A stretch of 17,807 nucleotides of DNA from Thermoplasmata archaeon (GTDB lineage: Archaea; Thermoplasmatota; Thermoplasmata; Lutacidiplasmatales; UBA184): contig JAGWLG010000047.1 in NCBI GenBank assembly GCA_028864975.1, positions 1-17,807 on the forward strand, given 5' to 3'. Both the position numbers and the translations under genes were made by a program. Positions 13,795-17,807 of this stretch are shown one piece after another. The notes below the pieces were generated by a model. It had not been told where the DNA came from. It did no database searches and saw nothing but the letters and a program-made list of their open reading frames with translations. Numbering within the stretch: the first letter of the stretch is position 1; each line of letters starts with the position of its first letter.

Positions 13795-14187
13795 CTAAGG
13801 TAGGCTGGGGGGAGACCCGGGAGGAGGCTCGTAGGGCCCGTTCGGTCCTGGACCGCGCCCCGACGGGGGGTTCACCACCTCGTCCAGGAGCCGCTCGCTG
13901 CGTCGTCGTCGGCGAACCCACACGACGAACATGAGCGCGAGCGCGAGAAAGACCAAGACCGCGAGCACACCGAGGATGATCTCTCCTGCCCCTCCGAGCG
14001 TGAACGGCGGGGAGGGTGGAGTGGTGTACTGGGATGGGGCGGGAAGCGCGTCGGGGGTCCCGGAGGAGATCCCCACGATCGACAAGCCGATCAGGGCGGC
14101 CATCCCCAGGGCCAGCAGCCAGGGAACCGCTCGTGTCGCTACCGAGGGTGCAGAGGTCGTTCGGTGACGAGTCACGACGGTCGCCAT
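13795..14187 (-). CDS. Small hypothetical membrane protein (2 TM, poly-Arg, Pro-rich tail; 130 aa)
   Basis: Two clear hydrophobic segments separated by a Pro/Thr/Ser linker, RRRRR after TM2, and a Pro-rich C-terminus. It fills the gap between the channel and rpS17e. Confidence 0.65.
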   Translation of the reverse strand: MATVVTRHRTTSAPSVATRAVPWLLALGMAALIGLSIVGISSGTPDALPAPSQYTTPPSPPFTLGGAGEIILGVLAVLVFLALALMFVVWVRRRRRSERLLDEVVNPPSGRGPGPNGPYEPPPGSPPSLP

Positions 14188-14261
14188 CCCCCCCAGGTCG
14201 CGCTCGAGTATAGGCGCGTTTCTGCCCGTGAAATCTCCCCGGGCCGTGAGAACCGAACGGC

Positions 14262-14272
14262 AACCGTTAAGA
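14262..14272 (+). promoter_or_regulatory. Putative BRE/TATA element (AACCGTTAAGA) for a leaderless rpS17e transcript
   Basis: TTAA begins 31 nt before ATG 14298, and no Shine-Dalgarno is evident. It overlaps the inverted repeat AACGG-CAA-CCGTT (14256-14268). Confidence 0.5.
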
Positions 14273-14297
14273 ACAGCTCCCAGGTGGCGCGCCGCGC

Positions 14298-14531
14298 ATG
14301 GGCAACATCCGTCAGACGTACATCAAGCGTGTCGCGATCGAGCTGGTCAAGCTCCACCCCGACGCGTTCACGGCGGACTACAAGCACAACCACGCGAAGG
14401 TCCTGGAGCTCACGGACCTGGTGGAGAAGGGACCCACGGGTGCCGACCGGGTGAAGTTCAAGAAGCTCGCGAACCGCATCGCCGGTTACGCGACCCGCTA
14501 CTACAAGCGGCAGAAGCGCCAGGTCTCCTAG
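14298..14531 (+). CDS. rps17e: 30S ribosomal protein S17e
   Basis: MGNIRQTYIKRVAIEL...F-x-x-D-Y-x-x-N...NRIAGYATR matches the S17e signature. Confidence 0.95.
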   Translation: MGNIRQTYIKRVAIELVKLHPDAFTADYKHNHAKVLELTDLVEKGPTGADRVKFKKLANRIAGYATRYYKRQKRQVS

Positions 14532-15844
14532 CGCGGTTTCGCGACCGGCGGTCTTCCTTCCCCGCCCTTGCTGGGGTCGTAGGAGAGGGCCCGAAGCTCC
14601 TTTCTCGTGGAGAAGACCCCGCCGACCCCCAGGCACCCGATGGCGGCCACCGCATAGGTCACGAGCACCCCGCGGGCTGCCGTCAAGAGTCCACCGGTGA
14701 CCTGAGCGATCGGCGTCGCCGCGAAGCTCCCCAGGTTGTCGAGCGAGAAGTACCTGCCCTGGAACTCATCGGGGACGATGGCCTGGGCGGTCGAGAGCCA
14801 CGCGGTGCCGATCATGCCGCCGAACACCCCCGTGGCCAGGCTGACCGCGATTGCGGTCGCAAGGACCCACGGGCCAACACCGAGAAGGAGCGGGGCGATG
14901 ACCAGGGCGCCATAGGAGGCTCCGAAGAAGAGCCCTGCGGAAGCCCATAGCACACCCGCTCGCCGGGTCAGGTGGAACGCCCCGGCGGCCAACCCGCCCA
15001 CGACAACGCCCGCGAAGCCCACGGCGTTCAGTACCCCGAACATGAGCGCTCCCGCGTGGAGCACCTGCGCGACGTAGATGACCGTGAAGAGGCCCACCAG
15101 CGTCGTGAAGAAGTTCAGCCCCAGGGCCGAGAGAGTGAGCTCGAGCAGCCCCGTTTGGCCCCGGAGGTACCTTGCGCCCTCGACGATCTCCGACACCAAG
15201 CCCGCGGGGGTCGTCGCGGCTCGGGGTGGGGTGGACGGGGGGCGCACCTCGGACGGTCGGATGGCGAGCACGAGAGCACCCCCCACGACGAACGACACCG
15301 CGTCCAGCATGAGAGCGGGGACGATGCCGAGCAAGGCCACGACCACCCCCGCCAAGGAGGCGCCCGCGATCCCCACCGAGTTCTCCGAGGCCTGGAGCAT
15401 CGCGTTGGCGGGAGCGAGGTCCGACCGCTCCACGATCTGCGGTAGGAGGACCGTCGTCGCGGGTCCCATGAACGACGACAGCAGCGAGAAGACGACGACG
15501 ACCGCCAGGACGATGGTCAAGTGGAAGCCCATCGCGATGGTCGCGCCGACCAACACGGCCATCGAGAGCGCCCTCCCCAGGGTCGTCAACCCGCTCGTCC
15601 GACGTCGGTCGAACCGGTCGACCAGCGCCCCCGCGAAGAGCCCCACCGTCAAGCTTGGGAGGAGCTCCGCCAGTCCGACCAGGGTCAGGGCGATGGGGGA
15701 GCGCGTGGCGGAGTAGACGTACCAGACCAAGGCCACGGCGCCCAGGTTGTTCCCGAAGCGCGCCACCGTCCGGGCGGAGAAGAGAAGGGCGAAGGGGCGC
15801 CGCCGCAGGAGGGGGCCCCAGGAGTGGGATGAGGGTTCGGCCAT
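14528..15844 (-). CDS. MFS transporter, DHA3/MefA-like efflux family (438 aa)
   Basis: About 12 TMs. N-terminus LLRRRPFALLFSARTVARFG, motif A GALVDRFDRRR, late motif VPDEFQGRYFSL. Confidence 0.9.
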   Translation of the reverse strand: MAEPSSHSWGPLLRRRPFALLFSARTVARFGNNLGAVALVWYVYSATRSPIALTLVGLAELLPSLTVGLFAGALVDRFDRRRTSGLTTLGRALSMAVLVGATIAMGFHLTIVLAVVVVFSLLSSFMGPATTVLLPQIVERSDLAPANAMLQASENSVGIAGASLAGVVVALLGIVPALMLDAVSFVVGGALVLAIRPSEVRPPSTPPRAATTPAGLVSEIVEGARYLRGQTGLLELTLSALGLNFFTTLVGLFTVIYVAQVLHAGALMFGVLNAVGFAGVVVGGLAAGAFHLTRRAGVLWASAGLFFGASYGALVIAPLLLGVGPWVLATAIAVSLATGVFGGMIGTAWLSTAQAIVPDEFQGRYFSLDNLGSFAATPIAQVTGGLLTAARGVLVTYAVAAIGCLGVGGVFSTRKELRALSYDPSKGGEGRPPVAKPR

Positions 15845-15928
15845 GGTCGCACTCGTTCCGGGTCGCAGGGACGCCGGGGACCGTGGCTCGTGGGTCGCGC
15901 GTAGAAAGAGGCTTCGCCGAGGGCTCGG

Positions 15929-16594
15929 TCAGTCGAAGATCTTGAGCCCTTCCTGAAGATGGACCATCTCGACCGGAGTGGTCGGGTCCCCTACGATGAA
16001 TCCCCGGGAGTTGGCGACCAGGCAGGCACCGACCAGCGGGACCCCGAAGTTCGCGGTCGAACGGTGCACCGGGACCCCCAGCGCGCCTTCGATGGTCTCG
16101 AGCTCCTTCGGGGTGGCCCGGGGATGGATGACCGCACCGCGGTCCGTGGCCGCGGCCGCCATGGCGACGGTGCCAAGCCCCGCCACGGTCGAAGGGACCA
16201 CCGTGACCCCCAGGGCGTCCGACAGATGGCGCCGCTCGTTCGCCGTGAACTCCGGGTGGCAGACCGCCCCACGGTTGTTCGCGAGCACGATGTTCCCGAG
16301 CGCATTGAGGCGGCTCCGAACGACGGTGACGCGGAAGCTCTCCTCCAGCCGTCCCCGCTCGGCGGGCGTGAGCTCCTCGGAAATGACCGCGCCATGGTCG
16401 TTCATCGCGAGCAGCGACCCGACCAGCTCGCTGTCGGCGATGCGGCTTCGGATGACCTTCACGCCCAGGGTGTGCTCGCTCGCCCGCACGAGCTCCCCCG
16501 GACACGTGGGCGGCACCACCGCGATCTTCTCGCCGACGCGCAGGTAGACCCCGAGATAGGGGCTGCCCGAGAACGAAAGCTTACCCACCGGCAA
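15929..16594 (-). CDS. eif6: Translation initiation factor 6 (aIF6, ribosome anti-association factor)
   Basis: GSPYLGVY, SELVGSLLAMNDHG, NALGNIVLANNRGAVCHP, TANFGVPLVGACLVANSRG. It follows rpL31e as in the conserved archaeal cluster. Start is TTG 16594 (alternative GTG 16588). Confidence 0.95.
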   Translation of the reverse strand: MPVGKLSFSGSPYLGVYLRVGEKIAVVPPTCPGELVRASEHTLGVKVIRSRIADSELVGSLLAMNDHGAVISEELTPAERGRLEESFRVTVVRSRLNALGNIVLANNRGAVCHPEFTANERRHLSDALGVTVVPSTVAGLGTVAMAAAATDRGAVIHPRATPKELETIEGALGVPVHRSTANFGVPLVGACLVANSRGFIVGDPTTPVEMVHLQEGLKIFD

Positions 16595-16624
16595 AGCGAG
16601 CCCAGCCCCCGGGGGGAACGCCCC

Positions 16625-16921
16625 CTAGCCCTCGTCCTCGGCGAGGTCCACCTCGACGAGACCGTCCTCGAACCGGATGGCCTTCACGCGGACCTTGGAC
16701 GGAACGTGGGAGATCGACCGCTCCCAGAGGAACTCGTTGAGACGGGGGTCGATCCAGATGTCCTTCATCTCGCCCTTCATGTGGCGGATCATGAAGCGCT
16801 TGATCGTCAGTACGGAGTGGCTCGCTCGCTCCCGGCGAGGGGGCGCGTGCTGGCTCGCACGGAGCGGCACGATGAACTCCCGCTCGAGCTCCTCGATGCG
16901 GGTCTTCTCTTCCTTCGCCAC
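16625..16921 (-). CDS. rpl31e: 50S ribosomal protein L31e
   Basis: EREFIVPLR...RA...IKRF..RHMK...IDPRLNEFLWERS...P.KVRV. GGAG precedes the GTG start. Confidence 0.93.
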   Translation of the reverse strand: MAKEEKTRIEELEREFIVPLRASQHAPPRRERASHSVLTIKRFMIRHMKGEMKDIWIDPRLNEFLWERSISHVPSKVRVKAIRFEDGLVEVDLAEDEG

Positions 16922-16932
16922 GGTTCGAACTC

Positions 16933-17091
16933 CTAGAGCTGCATGTGCCCGCGGCGCCAGCTACGGCGCTTCGGGTGCTTCGTGAACCGACGGGCGGTGC
17001 GCTGCATGACCCAGGCCGGGACTCGCCGGTTGGACTTGACCGCCCTCAGCAGCCTGAGCTTTCGCGCGAAGGGCTTGTGACGGCTCGCCAT
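16933..17091 (-). CDS. rpl39e: 50S ribosomal protein L39e (52 aa; below the ORF-track cutoff)
   Basis: My translation is [52 protein letters not shown]. It carries the L39e motifs NRRVPAWV and HPKRRxWRR. GGGAGGGAGG lies upstream. Confidence 0.95.
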   Translation of the reverse strand: MASRHKPFARKLRLLRAVKSNRRVPAWVMQRTARRFTKHPKRRSWRRGHMQL

Positions 17092-17124
17092 GGAACTGAG
17101 TACCTCCCTCCCGTCAACGCTCGG

Positions 17125-17136
17125 TATATATCGTTC
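17125..17136 (-). promoter_or_regulatory. Putative internal BRE/TATA promoter (GAACGATATATA) upstream of rpl39e
   Basis: TATATA at 17130-17125 on the minus strand, purine-rich BRE-like bases upstream, then an SD-like GGGAGGGAGG (17112-17103) before ATG 17091. Confidence 0.55.
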
Positions 17137-17138
17137 TC

Positions 17139-17501
17139 TCAGCGGCGCGTGATCTTGATCTCGCGCCGTTCCGGCATGAGGCGCTCCAGGATCTGGACCA
17201 GGGTCGGGTCGTCGATCTGCCGCCGGAGGCGCCCGGAAGCCGCGAGCTGGATGATCTGTTGTTCCACGGCCTGAGCGACATCGGGCTTCGCGAGCCGGAT
17301 GCGTCCTAGGCGCTCCCGCGCCTCGGGGGTCAGGAGCCGTCGAAGGACTTCCTTCTGCTCGGAAGCCCGCCGGTCCATCTCGGCTTCCTGGGCGGCGAGA
17401 AGGGTGGGGTCGATCTGCTGGGCTCCCAGCTGCGCCTGGAGCGCGGCCGCGCGACGGCGCCTGAGCTCTTCCAGTTCCGCATCATCCTCGCCTTGGGCCA
17501 T
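17139..17501 (-). CDS. PDCD5-like DNA-binding protein (TFAR19/MTH1615 family)
   Basis: ELEELRRRR...[39 protein letters not shown]...IDD..L..IL...RREIKITRR. It sits in the conserved position between rps19e and rpl39e. Confidence 0.93.
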   Translation of the reverse strand: MAQGEDDAELEELRRRRAAALQAQLGAQQIDPTLLAAQEAEMDRRASEQKEVLRRLLTPEARERLGRIRLAKPDVAQAVEQQIIQLAASGRLRRQIDDPTLVQILERLMPERREIKITRR

Positions 17502-17549
17502 GGTCGACCTCGTTAGAATAACGGAGACTCGGACGCTCCGGGACGGCGT

Positions 17550-17807
17550 TCAGAGGTATTTCTTGAGCGCGGGGTCCTTCTCCGCGAGCGCCTTGAAGGT
17601 CTCGGTGGAGACCTTCGAGAGGAGCTTCTGCCCCTGCGGGGAAAGGGTCCTCCCTCGCAGGCGGACCTGCTGGACGAGCCCGGCCTTCTCCAACTGCTGG
17701 AAGATCTCCCGGGCCACGGAGCGGCTCCCCTTGCGGGCATGGTAGGGCGCGCTGCCCTTGTCCCGCCGGCCGCCGTAGGTGGCCGCGAGGTTCGAGACGC
17801 CCGACGG
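17550..17807 (-). CDS. rps19e: 30S ribosomal protein S19e, C-terminal part (5' end beyond the window)
   Basis: My translation from 17807 is PSGVSNLAATYGGRRDKGSAPYHARKGSRSVAREIFQQLEKAGLV...GRTLSPQGQKLL...KKYL*. It matches the S19e motifs YGG, GS-x-S, QQLEKAG and GR-x-(LI)-(ST)-P-x-G. Confidence 0.95.
   Translation of the reverse strand, partial: PSGVSNLAATYGGRRDKGSAPYHARKGSRSVAREIFQQLEKAGLVQQVRLRGRTLSPQGQKLLSKVSTETFKALAEKDPALKKYL

Noticed and set aside
13900-14030. PPF...TM-RRRRR as an archaeosortase (PGF-CTERM-like) sorting signal
   Set aside because: The motif is not PGF/PEF directly before the TM, and more than 30 residues follow the basic cluster, whereas such signals are C-terminal.
16922-16933. 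GGTTCGAACTCC, resembling a tRNA T-arm
   Set aside because: It is the 11-nt rpl39e-rpl31e spacer (SD GGAG on the minus strand), is flanked by coding sequence, and cannot form a cloverleaf.
1-17807. Mobile elements, rRNA or CRISPR-Cas
   Set aside because: I recognised no transposase, integrase or cas motifs, terminal repeats or rRNA-like sequence, and no obvious compositional break apart from a short AT-richer patch near 5370-5460.

Overview
This is a GC-rich archaeal window. The gene set (rpS19e, PDCD5-like protein, rpL39e, rpL31e, aIF6, rpS17e), the KaiC/RAD55-like and DUF835-like domains and the TATA-like promoters suggest a Thermoplasmata-type euryarchaeon; this taxonomy is an inference. 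Left part (+ strand): the 3' end of a TOBE-type ABC ATPase, a small receiver-fold protein lacking the phospho-acceptor residues, and a LolD/MacB-type ABC ATPase with a fused double FtsX permease. Middle: a GAF-like ORF on the minus strand, possibly frameshifted, divergent from four co-oriented genes. These four encode (i) a multi-TM, long coiled-coil protein with a degenerate KaiC-like domain, (ii) a YdjM-like membrane metal-dependent hydrolase, (iii) a STAND/AAA_16 NTPase-TPR protein with a DUF835-like domain inserted between its Walker A and Walker B motifs, and (iv) a 2-TM RCK channel with a non-canonical filter (TTIGIY). Right part: a small membrane protein, rpS17e with an apparent loop insertion, an MFS exporter and the translation cluster on the minus strand. 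The best candidate for an undescribed system is the 4.9-13.8 kb block, which may be a KaiC/DUF835-type signalling or defence locus made largely of catalytically degenerate domains. I saw no CRISPR array, tRNA, rRNA, integrase or transposase. All family assignments come from motifs recognised by eye, not from database searches.
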